A DNA stretch of 64,000 nucleotides from Macrostomum lignano (Eukaryota), in contig NIVC01000571.1 in assembly GCA_002269645.1 (NCBI GenBank), positions 186,001-250,000 on the forward strand, in the 5' to 3' direction. The notes beneath the pieces are model-generated. The model saw nothing but the letters and a program-made list of their open reading frames with translations. It ran no database searches and was not told the DNA's origin. The position numbers and the translations under genes were made by a program. This document shows, one piece after another, positions 47,150 through 63,877 of the stretch; within the stretch, counting starts at the first letter, position 1, and the number at the start of each line of letters is the position of its first letter.

Positions 47150-48110
47150 ATCGGGAATGGACTCAGAGGATGAAGAGTGAACTCAGAGGATCTGGAGTGA
47201 ACTCAGAGGATCTGGAGTGAACTCAGAGGATCTGGAGTGAACTGAGAGGATCTGGAGTGAACTTAGAGGATCTGGAGTGAACTGAGAGTATCTGGAGTGA
47301 ACTCGGAGGATCTGGAGTGAACTTAAAGGATCTGGAGTGAACTGAGAGGATCTGGAGTGAACTCAGAGGATGAAGAGTGAACTGAGAGTATCTGGAGTGA
47401 ACTCAGAGGATCTGGAGTGAACTGAGGGGATCTGGAGTGAACTCAGAGGATCTGGAGTGAACTAAGGGGATCTGGAGTGAACTCAGAGGATCTGGAGTGA
47501 ACTCAGAGGATCTGGAGTGAACTGAGAGGATCTGGAGTGAACTGAGAGGATCTGGAGTGAACTTAGAGGATCTGGTGTGAACTGAGAGTATCTGGAGTGA
47601 ACTCAGAGGATCTGGAGTGAACTTAAAGGATCTGGAGTGAACTGAGAGGATCTGGAGTGAACTGAGAGGATCTGGAGTGAACTCAGAGGATGAAGAGTGA
47701 ACTGAGAGTATCTGGAGTGAACTCAGAGGATCTGGAGTGAACTTATATGATCTGGAGGGAACTCAGAGGATCTGGGGTGAACTTATATGATCTGGAGTGA
47801 ACTCAGAGGATCTGGAGTGAACTCAGAGGATCTGGAGTGAACTTAGAGGATCTTGAGTGAACTTTGAGGATCTGGAGTGAACTGAGAGGATCTGGAGTGA
47901 ACTGAGAGGATCTGGAGTGAACTGAGGGGATCTGGAGTGAACTCAGAGGATCTGGAGTGAACTGAGAGGATCTGGAGTGAACTGAGAGGATCTGGAGTGA
48001 ACTGAGAGGATCTGGAGTGAACTGAGAGGATCTGGAGTGAACTGAGATGATCTGGGGTGAACTCAGGGGATCTGGAGTGAACTCAGAGCGAACTCCGAAG
48101 ATCTGGAGTG
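47150..48110. repeat. 20-bp minisatellite, ~47 copies, intergenic
   Basis: Unit TCTGGAGTGAACTCAGAGGA with many variants. Related units also occur at ~46890-46970. Confidence 0.95.
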
Positions 48111-48424
48111 TGATTCCTGTAAATCTTACAAATAGGTCAGCTTAATGTTACATATGCTTTAAATTTTATTATTTAGTGTGGAAGCGAAGGCTGTGAATAA
48201 TAAAGGTTTATTCGATACAAGGCAAAAATTTATTTGTTGTGGAAAAAACCTAAATTGGCATGTAATCATAAAGATATTTATAGATTTGTTAGTCCGCCGT
48301 AGATACGAGCTAGCTCAATTTTAGTACAATGGTCGTTCGTAAATTATCAATCGGTGATGGGACTAAAGCAGCTTCAGATGTCTCGCAAGCTGATTGGCCG
48401 GTGCACCCATCTGTAGTTTGGGTC

Positions 48425-49733
48425 TCAGGCGTTCGGCTTGCGGTCGCACTCGCACTGCTCCTGCAATGCAGAGGGTGGGGGTCCTGGATCTTGGCTGTGA
48501 CCTTGTAGGTTTTTGAACCAAGGTTAGCAAAGTTCTGCTGAAACTGGCTCTCTATCTTATGCGGGGGCGGAGACCCGAGATTTACTGAACAAATCTCTTG
48601 CAGCATTGCGCCTTGCCAGAGGGAAGGGCTGGCGCCCCTGGTGCTGGCGCCCCTGGTGCTGGCGCCCCTGGTGCTGGCGCCCCTGGTGCTGGCGCCCCTG
48701 GTGCTGGCGCCCCTGGTGCTGGCGCCCCTGGTGCTGGCGCCCCTGGTGCTGGCGCCCCTGGTGCTGGCGCCCCTGGTGCTGGCGCCCCTGGTGCTGGCGC
48801 CCCTGGTGCTGGCGCCCCTGGTGCTGGCGCCCCTGGTGCTGGCGCCCCTGGTGCTGGCGCCCCTGGTGCTGGCGCCCCTGGTGCTGGCGCCCCTGGTGCT
48901 GGCGCCCCTGGTGCTGGCGCCCCTGGTGCTGGCGCCCCTGGTGCTGGCGCCTCTGGTGCTAAAGCCCCTGGTGCTAAAGCCCCTGGTGCTAAAGCCCCTG
49001 GTGCTAAAGCCCCTGGTGCTAAAGCCCCTGGTGCTGGCGCCCCTGGTGCTAAAGCCCCTGGTGCTGGCGCCCCTGGTGCTAAAGCCCCTGGTGCTAAAAC
49101 AGCCCGGTCTCCCTCAAATACGCTCTGCGCTGACCCGGTGGATCTCGTAGATGCAGTTGCGCATCCGGCCGCCGCAGAACTCGTCCCGGTTGCCGTTGCA
49201 GCGCCGGTTGCACTCGCGCTCGCTCTTGCGCCCGTACAGGCCGTAGGTGTTGCCGCAGAAGCAGAGGCGGCCGTTCTGCAGTCCGAAGTAGCGGTAGCGC
49301 AGGCGGTCGCACTGCCGGTAGCAGAACTCCACCGACATGCGGCTGTGCGCCACGTAGCTGCTCAGGTCGCGCCGGGTTGTGTCGCCGTAGCAGCCGATGT
49401 AGGTGTACTTCTCGTTCGGCCCTGCGTGGGGGCGGGTAGAGTCGCAGCAAGCTACTCAACTACCGTGCTGAGCACAGCAATAAACTACCCACTGCCGTGC
49501 TGAGCACAGCAATAAACTATTCAACTAATATGCTGAGCACAGCAATAAGCTACTCATTGTCGTGCTGAGCACAGCAATAAACTAATCAACTACTGCTGAG
49601 CACAGCAAAAGCTACTCACTACCGTGCTGAGCACAGCAATAAGCTACTCACTGCCGTGCTGAGCAGTGCAGCAGCCGATACAGCACAGGAGAGCCGCAGC
49701 TGCCAGCAGGTTGAAGGCGGCCATCTTGGACAT
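48425..49733 (-). CDS. Small secreted single-WSC-domain protein, 3 exons, ~131-134 aa
   Basis: Exon 1 is 49733 (or 49724)-49652 (signal peptide MAAFNLLAAAALLCCIGCCTA, donor GTGAGT). Exon 2 is 49421-49135 (YIGCYGD..MSVEFCYRQC..YFGLQNGRLCFCGN..ECNRRCNGNRDEFCGG..IY, canonical WSC). A putative exon 3 at 48460-48425 reads EQCECDRKPNA*. Without that splice the frame stops at 49114. AATAAA on the minus strand near 48210. Confidence 0.85.
48622..49098. repeat. 15-bp minisatellite, ~32 copies, putative WSC intron 2
   Basis: Unit GGCGCCCCTGGTGCT switching to AAAGCCCCTGGTGCT at the right end. Confidence 0.97.
49448..49665. repeat. ~31-bp repeat, ~7 copies, WSC intron 1
   Basis: GTGCTGAGCACAGCAATAA(A/G)CTA repeats. 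The unit includes the end of exon 1 and its donor. Confidence 0.9.
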
Positions 49734-50668
49734 GTTAAACTCGAGCTGCGTCTTGGAGTTCGGATTCGAGCTGCGGGCCTGCAGCTCGCGACTGTATTTA
49801 GGGCAGAAGTGCTGCAGATTAGATAATGCTGCCTCGTACACTGGTTTCCATGGCAACCAGTTTAATTCACATTTTAGATATTGTCAGCATTAGGCAGATC
49901 GGCAGATAGTGCAGACTGACACAGCAGGCAGAGCACAGCGGGCTATCAGTTTCCATTCACCCGCGCCATCAGAGATAAGCGCGCAGAGCGGCGTCCTCAG
50001 GTCTGACCGACTGCTCACACAACTGACAACCGAGGCGAACCACTCGCCTAGTGATAACCGGACTCAGGTCTAACTGGGTCACCTCGGAGAACTGGGGCAG
50101 TCCTGAGTCTCGTGTGTGACACTCTTATTCAGTGCCTGTGCCAGTGACTCTCAGTCTCAGTGCACCTGTGCAGGTGTGACACTCGCTGTTCAGTGCCTGT
50201 GCCAGTGACTCTCAGTGCACCTGTGCAGGTGTGACACTCGCTGTTCAGTGCCTGTGCCAGGGACTCTCAGTGCACCTGTGCAGGTCTGACACTCGCTATT
50301 CAGTGCGATTCAGTGTGGGAAACAGACCAAAACTTAAACGGAAATTGAAATTTTGAAATGAAAAATTCCAAAACGAAATTCACGTTGCTTCAGCTGATTT
50401 TTTTCAGAAGCGAAAATTCAAATCACAGCCATCCACAGGAAGAAACTGTATTGGAATGTATGAATTAAATCCAAAAGTGCAAAAATAAATATTCATTTGC
50501 AAGATGAGGCGCCCGCAGCCGGGCCTGGCAAAGACGGCATCGGAATGCGCTGCGCTAGAGCTGTGGAGCTGGGCAAATTGGCGAAAATATTGACAGACTG
50601 CATGACGGAATAAAATAGGATTTGCTTTGCTTTGAACCTCAGCCTCCTTTGGGAACTGGGATACTGAC

Positions 50669-51030
<362 letters not shown>

Positions 51031-51524
51031 ATTGCACCAGATGAAATAGCAGCTGTGGCCGCCCCAAAGCTGAAATGACGCAAACTTTTAGCAGGCAAGC
51101 CGGCAGCCGCACACAGAAGAGCATGTGCTGCATTGCAGTGCTTCTACTGGATTTGTTAGAAGTGCAAAAAACGGCAAATGGCAAAATTTAAAACAATAAA
51201 TGGAGCAGTGAGTCACTCTAGGAAAACGCTTGGCCTCGGACCAGCCTCACAGAGTGCCTACTGAGATGAAATTGTTGAATCCACCCGACTCTCAGATTGC
51301 TCACTGTGCAGCTGGTCAGAGGGAATGGTGGCACAGGCAAATCAATAAATTCAGAGTATTTGTAGAAAGCAAAAATTCTGGAGAATTCAGTCAACCGGAG
51401 GGTTGGTGGTAAATTGCAGTTGCTACAATCTTGTTATATTGGCTGGCTGCTAGCCTGGGTCTTGGGAGACTCGAGTGTGGTGGACAGATTTGACACTGAT
51501 GATTTTGGAACCTGTTTTGTCTAT

Positions 51525-52053
51525 GGCCCAACATCCAAGCCAAGTTTATGGCCCAACATCCAGGCCAAGTTTATGGCCTAACAACTTAGCCAAGTCTATG
51601 GCCTAACAACTTAGCCAAGTCTATGGCCTAACAACTTAGCCAAGTCTATGGCCTAACAACTTAGCCAAGTCTATGGCCCAATGCCGTAGCCAAGTCTATG
51701 GCCCAACACCCTAGCCAAGTCTATGGCCAAATTCTCTAGTTAAGTCTATGGCCCAACACCCTAGCCAAGTCTATGGCCCAATACCCTAGTTAAGTCTATG
51801 GCACAATGCCCTAGTTAAGTCTATGGCACAATGCCCTAGTTAAGTCTATGGCCCAATGTCCTAGCCAAGTCTATGGCCCATCACCCTAGCCAAGTCTATG
51901 GCCCAACAATCTAGCCAAGTCTATGGCCCAACAACATAGCCAAGTCTATGGCCCAAGCTTTAGCCAAGTCTATGGCCCAAGCTTTAGCCAAGTCTATGGC
52001 CCAAGCTTTAGCCAAGTCTATGGCCCAACACCCCTAGCCAAGTCTATGGCCCA
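51525..52053. repeat. 24-25-bp minisatellite downstream of the kinase stop
   Basis: Constant AGCCAAGTCTATGGCC core with a variable 8-9-bp remainder. Confidence 0.93.
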
Positions 52054-52170
52054 ATCAGTTCCAACAGCCAGCCAATGAAGCTGACAAGACAAGCAACTAA
52101 AATTAGAAGCAAAAACACTGATGAAGGAGAGCTGGACAGTGCGGATGCAGCAAGACCTGGCAAAGCAATC

Positions 52171-56426
<4,256 letters not shown>

Positions 56427-56869
56427 GGCGGTGCAGGCCGGAGGTTGAGGGCTGGGAGACTCAGGCAGAGCTCACAGATTTGCTGCAATGCATTTGGGGT
56501 CGTCCTGGGTTCATTCCACTCCGGGCCTCTGCAGCTTGTTGATTTCAGTCATGATTTAGGCATGTTTTAGATTGTTTACTTTGCAAATGTATGATTTTCA
56601 TGGGGGGTAATTATTCTTTTTTCTTGTGAAATATATAAAACAGCTGGGAATAATGATATAGAAATCGCTTTTTTTCCTTTGTCTCATCTTTCCCGTAAAA
56701 CTGTAATAAACAATCATTAATTTAATTATTTTTAAGGATACAAATGCCAATAGTACTTTTAGCATAATAAGCATTGCCAATTTTCGCTATTTCTACAAAA
56801 GATTAAATATAGACATTTTATAGGCCAATACTGTAAATGTTTGATAATAATTTTTGATTTTACAGTAGC

Positions 56870-58360
56870 CCTTGGCCCGGATCACAGCCCGCCAGTTGAA
56901 GTCGAAGTGGGCGCAGGATGGTGGACGGGCGCTGCAGCTTGGCCCGATCGTACAGGGCCTCGGTCCCTCGTCTCTCGTCAGCTCGAAAGGCCGCATGGAG
57001 CAGCCCTTAGTGCGCCGAGCCTAGCTGCCGCTCCAGCGTAGCCGTCAGCGTCCACGTCTCGGCGTTGTAGAGCAGAGCGATTTCCGACCACCGCCTGTCA
57101 CAGCCGAGCCCTCTGGCAGTCGGGCAGCGCTTCGGACTGGAGGACGGCCCGGATCGATCGAAAGGCCGCCCAGGCAAGTCCTCTGCGCCGCCGGAGGTCA
57201 TCCTCCACGTGGGGCTCCAGACCACCGCGGTAGGTGAACCGCTGGCAGCGTGCGAGCTTTGTCGTCTGCCCGTCTGCGCCGCGGCACGTCAGGTCCGCTG
57301 GGATGGCGGCCGGCACAGTCAGCAGCTCGGTCTTCAGCGTGTTGACAACCAGACCGACGCTCGATGCCACATCGACCAGCCTGTCGATCTGGCGCTGGGC
57401 GCCTTCAACGGACGAGGACAGGAGGGCGAGGTCGTCGGCGTAGCCAAGCACGCTCAGGCGCTTTTCACTGTGACGGCGACCGATGAGTCTGCGCAACAAG
57501 AAGCCGTAGCTAGCCGAGGGGAGTGCGGTCCGAAGCACCCAGTCCAGGAGCAGCACGAAGAGGAACGGCGCTCGCGTGTCGCCCTGCAGAACTCCTGATG
57601 AAGTATCGAACAGGTCAGACAGGCCGTCCGCCGTCACCACAGCAGCTCGAGTACGAGCTATCGCAATACAGCGACATGATAGCGTCGATTAGCTGCTGCG
57701 GGACCCGGTAGGCTCGAAGGACGAAGAGCAGTGCGGCTCTCAGCACCGAGTCAAACGCTTTCGAAAGTCAACGAAGACAATGATCAGCGTAGACTGGCGG
57801 ATGCGCGCCATCCTCAATGACACGGCGGAGTGCGAGGATCTGTGTCACTGTACCGCGTTGCGGTTGCGGCTACTGCGTTGCGGCCGGAATCCCTTCTGCT
57901 CATACTGCAGGTACGGGTCCAGCACCGACTGCAGAAGATCGCAGTGCTTTGCGGTGCAGGACATCAGTGAGGTCCCGCGGTGGTCTTTTGGCATTTTCCC
58001 TGCCTTCTTTGGGATTGGCACGATGTGTGCAATGGTCCACTTGGTGGGCGCAGGAGTGCCGGCGAGCACGCGGTTCATGATGCCTGTGACCTGGGAGGTC
58101 ACATAGCAGAGCTGCAGCACTCGACCGGGACTTCGCCAGGGCCAAGTGCCTTGCTGTTTGGTGTTTTTAGAGCGAACAGCACAACGTCCTCTGCGGTAAC
58201 TGGTCTGGTGCAGAAGTCCTCCTCAGCTGGGAGTGGCATGTCCAGTGAGAGCACAAAGCTGGCAGGCAGCAGCAATGTGGGAACATTCAGGATGCTAGCA
58301 AAGAAGTCATGAAATTCATTCCTGCACTCCTCCAGGGTGTCACTGGCCACATTCAGTGCA
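56870..58360 (-). mobile_element. Decayed RTE-type non-LTR retrotransposon fragment (RT domain)
   Basis: Frameshifted pieces: FCTRPVTAEDV..KALGPGEVP, WTIAHIVPIPKK..DHRG.SL, QKGFRP.R, SGVLQGDTRAPFLF, LGYADD. Homologous to the 60851-62520 copy. Boundaries approximate. Confidence 0.88.
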
Positions 58361-58744
58361 ATGCACTTTTTGCGCCCTATCAGAGTCTAGATGGCAGTCT
58401 GCACTGCACAGCTCTTCTCTCAGGGCTGGCTGCAGTGATGGACCTAATGGCATTGTCAAATGTGGGCTGCCAGTTTCTGTGAAGTTGCTCAATGTTGAGC
58501 AGCGCCTGCCTGATAGTTAGGTCACTCTGAAGGACAGCAAGCAAATTCTGCATTGGCCACATCAGCAAACTATCTACTCTGTAGCTTAGTTCTAATAGCA
58601 ATGCTGATGTCAGAATACTCTGCCTTATACTGATCTCTAAGTATGCTAACAAAGGTGCCTGCAAATTGACACTTTGCAAGGATGTACAACAGGGGATAAT
58701 AGCTACTATATGAGAAATATTTATACTTAAATATTACCCTAATA

Positions 58745-58860
58745 TCTCTATATATAAAAATCAAAACTCTGTATGTGTGTCTGTCTATGGACAATTTTCT
58801 TCGCTATGGACTCCCAAACCTCTCAACCAAATTACCTAGATCCATCCATTGGGTGACATA
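58745..58860 (+). mobile_element. Possible Helitron-like 5-prime end
   Basis: A/TCTCTATATATAAAAA followed by CTGTATGTGTGTCTGTCT resembles non-autonomous Helitron 5-prime termini. No convincing 3-prime hairpin-CTAG was located. Confidence 0.3.
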
Positions 58861-59830
58861 GATCTACCAAGTTGTGTGTGTTCCAAAATATGTTATGTAT
58901 TTACCATATCGGCATATGTTAAATAATAATTTTAGCCTATAATATATAATTATAATGTCTAATCTGAATATCTACTCTGCATTAAAAGTAAAGCTGAAAT
59001 CTACTAGGCCTACCAAATGGCCTGTCTACTTTGCATTTATATAAGTAAGTGGTAATAGGGCCCTAATAGCCTGCTTTAAGCTACCCTTTGAAGCTTCTAA
59101 CAAACCTAACCTATAGATATTTCAAAAAATAAATAGTTAATTAATATTCATTCAAAAAATGCACTGAATCATTTGAACAATAACAGAATTAAAAAAAACT
59201 ATTTTTCACTTCTAGGATTGGATGGCTTTATTGTTGTTATCAAATTTTCTGACATGTCAATCAATCTAATATGCTTGTAGTGACCTTCGCGAAAGTTCGA
59301 TGCATTTGAATTATTTAATTTCTAGAAATTTCCCCGTATAGTTCAAATTAAATTATCGAAATTTCTCTCACAGTAACTAATTTTAATACTTGCATTTATA
59401 ATTATTTAATGTATAATTTATTTCAGTAAAGCAGTACTACAATTAATGCAAATCTTATAGGAAAAAAAATTAATATTTGTTTTGTTATAATGCTTAAAAT
59501 TTTCTAGAAGTTTCCGGCGATGCGCCTGATGGCTATAAATATACGGTGCCCACAGCGGATAATCTTTACTTCCTTACTTCTTCTCGATACTTCTTACATT
59601 TGATTAAATAAAATGAGAACCACCGCCTAGCTATTTTTCTTTTCTTTTATTTACTTTAAATCCTTACATGCTAATCTAATACGCTCGTATGCTAAATTGA
59701 ACTATACTAAATCTCAGGTTTGTATGCTTGCTTGAGCCTTGTCCATAATGCTCTAGTCACAATATACTAAAATGCACTAAATGACCGAATAATGAAGAAA
59801 TTTAGTCCGGTGGGTGGTTCAGCTACACAG

Positions 59831-60102
59831 AGGCTTTTCATATTGCTTGTTCTAATTCTGGTTCTAGAACCAGAACCAATTTGTAAAGTATAACTTTTTG
59901 TCTCCTTAACTAGAGGGATATACTTGCTATAAACTCTTAATTATTGATTAAAATCGCCAAGAAGAAAGTGAAAAATTTTGCAAAGTGAGGCTGTTAGGGC
60001 AGTCAAATATAAACAGAGTTAAATATATACTGCTGTTTTTCTTGGAAGATCCGAATCGATTCTGGTTCTGGATTTTGGAATATCCCGGTATATGAAAAGC
60101 CT
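59831..60102 (+). mobile_element. 272-bp MITE family B, copy 2
   Basis: Perfect 13-bp TIR AGGCTTTTCATAT (59831-59843) / ATATGAAAAGCCT (60090-60102). Perfect 5-bp TSD CACAG (59826-59830, 60103-60107). Confidence 0.88.
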
Positions 60103-60850
60103 CACAGAAGAATCGTTTTAAATATCGAATATTACGGGACTCTTTGCTTCAACAAAAAATGTTTCAAAAGCACTAAAATAAGCATAAAAATTAATTAAAA
60201 TATCTACAGTAATTGTCTAAATTATTAGTTGTCTAAATTGTTGTTATGCTTTACTGAACGATATGATACAATTTGAACGAACTTTTGTGAACTTTCAGAC
60301 TTTCTCAACTGGACTGGACTAGCGGACTATGGTCCGGTCCACCTCGAGCCTACCAAATCCAAACCAAGGACTACTAGAATAGATAACATTCCATTGGTCC
60401 GTGATCCGAACTTAACTGAACCAATCAAATGTGAAGTAAAAGTTGTAGCTGCATGGAGCACTGTATAGTATATTTCGTTTTTTGCGTATTGAAGGTTGAT
60501 ATACAGTAGTCAGTAGTAGTTTGTTATGTTTATCTCCCTGTTTTTATACTAACTGTTATACTGTTTTCATACTGCTTTGTGCTGCGCTGCCCTGTTGTTG
60601 TGCCATGCTGTCCGGTGTCGCTCTGTGTCATGCTCTGATGTGCTGGTCTCTGCTCTGCTATGCTGTTGTTGTCCTGTGCTGTACTGTGCGGTGCTGTTTT
60701 CTGCTGTTATCTTTCTTTTATTTCCCTTTCCTGTTCTCTAGTCCCCGTCTCCTCTTCCTCTGCGCCTCCTCTGTTGATAAGTTCTTAAGTGTTTTAATTT
60801 CATTACCTGTACTCTATACATGTATTTTAATATCTGTATATTTTGCAATA

Positions 60851-62520
60851 CAGATACATGTATTTGCCATTGTCAACGCGCCGCCCCCTCCGCTTCCAGA
60901 AAATCTGAGGCTGCCGCCGGAGACGCTGTTGCCGGCAGAAGAGAGCTTCAACGTTGCCCCAGTCAGCACAGCCGACGTTGTGAAGTTCGCTCGGCAGTCG
61001 CCGGGCGGCAAAGCGCTTGGTCCGGACGAGGTGCCCACCGAGGCGCTGCGGATCCACTGCGTGGCCACTGAGGTCGCCAGAGTGATGAACTGCGTGCTTT
61101 CCGGTGAGGTGGCGCCAAACGAATGGACCACGGCGCACATCGTCGCCATTCCAAAGAAGCCGGGCACCACCAAGCTCGAGGAGCATCGAGGCATCTGCCT
61201 ACAGTCCTGCGCCGCGAAGCTGTTCAACCGCATGCTGCTATCGCGGTTACAGCCTGTGCTGGACCCGTACCTGCGGCCTAAGCAGAACGGATTCCGGCCC
61301 CATCGCGGCACAGTGACGCAGATCCTGGCTCTTCGGCGAGTCATCGAGGAGGCGCGCATCCGCCAGTTGACCCTGATCCTGATCTTCGTCGATTTCAGGA
61401 AGGCCTTCGACTCGGTCGTGAGGGACGCGCTCCCAGAGGTGCTCCGTGCGTACAACGTGCCAGAGCTGCTGATTTCTGCTGTCATGGCGCTGTACCACGG
61501 CACGACGGCTGCTGTCTCAACACCGGACGGCCTATCGGATTTCTTCGAGACATCCTCCGGGGTGCTCCAGGGAGATACGCTAGCGCCGTTCCTATTTATT
61601 CTGGTGCTTGACTGGGTGCTACGGACTGCTCTGCCTTCCAACGATGACGGCTTCCTGCTGCGGCGACGCGTGGGTCGACGCCAACCGGAGAGACGGCTCA
61701 GCGTGCTTGGCTACGCCGATGACCTCGCCCTGCTGTCCTCGGCCGTCGAGGGCGCCCAACGACAGCTGGATAGGCTGGTTGCCGTTGCGGCGAGCGTCGG
61801 CCTGGTGGTCAACACGCAGAAGACCGTCGTGCTATGCGTGCCGGACGACACCGAGGCTGCAATCTTTTGCCGAGGCGCTGACGGACAGGCGAGTGAGCTT
61901 CCAAGATGTCAGCAGTTCGTCTACCTCGGCGGTCTGGTTCCCGACGTCCGCGGGGATCTGCGGCGTCGCCGAGGACTTGCCTGGGCTGCTTTTCGTTCTA
62001 TAAGGTCAGTCCTGCAGTCCGAAGCCCTACCGGACCGCCAGAGGGCGGCGCTGTTCCAGGCGGTGATCGAGACCGTCCTGTTATACAACGCCGAGACCTG
62101 GACGCTGACAGACCCGCTCGAGGCTCAAGTCGACGCGGCGCACGCTGGTCTGCTGCGCGCCGCCTTCAAGATCGGCAACGAGCGAGTCACCAACACGGCG
62201 CTCTATCATCGCGCCGGCCTGGCCCGTCCTAGCGATCTGCTGCGCCGTCGGCGACTCCAGCTGGCAGGCCACGTCATCCGCGCCGAGGCCTACTGTCCGG
62301 AGCCGGTGCAGGAGGTGCTGCTACTTACGTTGCAGGCACCCTACCGGCGGGGACAGGCGAGGACTCGGCGCTACGTCGACTGTCTGCTGGCTGACGCCGG
62401 CGCCCCGGACTCTGCCGGCGGTGCGGCCTTTGTTCGCGCCCAAGCTTCGAAGCGCGCCATCTGACGCTGCTTTTGCGAACTGACAGCGTACTCTGTTGTT
62501 GTTGTTGTTGTTGTTGTTGT
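60851..62520 (+). mobile_element. 5-prime-truncated young RTE-type LINE with intact RT ORF (stop at 62464)
   Basis: RT motifs ALGPDEVP, IPKK..HRGICL, QNGFRP.R, FVDFRKAFDS, GVLQGDTLAPFLF, GYADD, YLG and YNAETW. (GTT)9 tail at 62495-62521. 12-bp TSD TATTTTGCAATA (60839-60850, 62521-62532). Confidence 0.95.
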
Positions 62521-63169
62521 TATTTTGCAATATTTAATGCCTGCTGCTATTATTGTGTTTGTTTCAATCTATCACCTGGCTTCTGTTCTGCTATGACTAT
62601 GATAAGTAACTCCGGCGCCTCAGCCTAAGTAAAAAGGCTCTTACGCCACTAGAAATAATTTAGATTCCAGATTGGGAGATTGGCTTCTGTTCTGCTTTGC
62701 ACCTTAGTTCTATTTATTTTACTTTGTGCGCTCTGCGTCCCTGCCCCTCACCGAGCTGCTAATTCCCCGAGCTGCTAATTCCCCTTTAGCCCCTTCTCTC
62801 GACCCCCCCCCACTTGTTGTTAAAACTTCTGCCTTCCAATCATTAAGTCCCTGGCACTGCGTCCATTGCTCTCTCGATTCTCCCACACCCTGGCCCTAGC
62901 CCCTTCTATCCCTTCTGCCTCTGGCACGTTGCATTTTTCTCCAATTCCTTAAGTCCCTCGGCCGGCTGCCATTGTTATCCTGTCTCTCCTGGTTGTTTCA
63001 CTAAGTCCCTTTTATTCCCTCTCCTATTCGGGGCCCTTTGCATTTTTGTCCCGCCCCCTAAGTCCCTGGTCTTTGCTCTACCGACTCTGCCTTTCTCCCT
63101 TCCTTTAGTCCCTTTAGTCCCTTTATTCCCTCGCCTTGTTACGCCCATGCGTCCCAGCTTTTGTGCACT

Positions 63170-63622
63170 CTTTCCATTTGCCTAGTCCTGCCTCTCTTTC
63201 CATTTGCCTAGTCCTGCCTCTCTTTCCATTTGCCTAGTCCTGCCTCTCTTTCCATTTGCCTAGTCCTGCCTCTCTTTCCATTTGCCTAGTCCTGCCTCTC
63301 TTTCCATTTGCCTAGTCCTGCCTCTCTTTCCATTTGCCTAGTCCTGCCTCTCTTTCCATTTGCCTAGTCCTGCCTCTCTTTCCATTTGCCTAGTCCTGCC
63401 TCTCTTTCCATTTGCCTAGTCCTGCCTCTCTTTCCATTTGCCTAGTCCTGCCTCTCTTTCCATTTGCCTAGTCCTGCCTCTCTTTCCATTTGCCTAGTCC
63501 TGCCTCTCTTTCCATTTGCCTAGTCCTGCCTCTCTTTCCATTTGCCTAGTCCTGCCTCTCTTTCCATTTGCCTAGTCCTGCCTCTCTTTCCATTTGCCTA
63601 GTCCTGCCTCTCTTCCCATTTG
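63170..63622. repeat. 26-bp pyrimidine-rich minisatellite, ~17 copies
   Basis: Unit TTTCCATTTGCCTAGTCCTGCCTCTC. Confidence 0.95.
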
Positions 63623-63877
63623 CAATGTGCCCCCTTCCCATTGGCTGTCCTCTCTTTCCCTCTCTCCTCTCTCCCCTATTCCTGTCTGTCGCCATTGGCT
63701 ATTGTACCCTTCGCCTCTGAATTGTTGCACCCTCCCCAGTCTGTATTGTATATTAAACTGATTCAATCTAATTTCTCTTTACAGTTTTGCTCCTGACGAA
63801 GGTTGTTTAAACCAAAACGTATTGAGCACCCTAAATCCCCTAAATCTTCTCCATCTTAGTCATTTTTTATTTGACCT

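Noticed and set aside
48598-49503. 301-aa + strand ORF of GAPGA/GAKAP repeats resembling silk, elastin or collagen
   Set aside because: It is the translation of a 15-bp minisatellite, open in several frames, and its tail is the antisense of the WSC exon. There is no signal peptide or independent support.
51525-52053. Constant 16-bp core with variable 8-9-bp linkers, superficially repeat-spacer-like
   Set aside because: The linkers are too short and are related to each other by point changes, so this is an ordinary diverging minisatellite.
60521-60850. Hydrophobic Cys/Leu-rich N-terminal extension of the 647-aa RT ORF
   Set aside because: It lies outside the TSD-defined element. This is T-rich flank that happens to be in frame.
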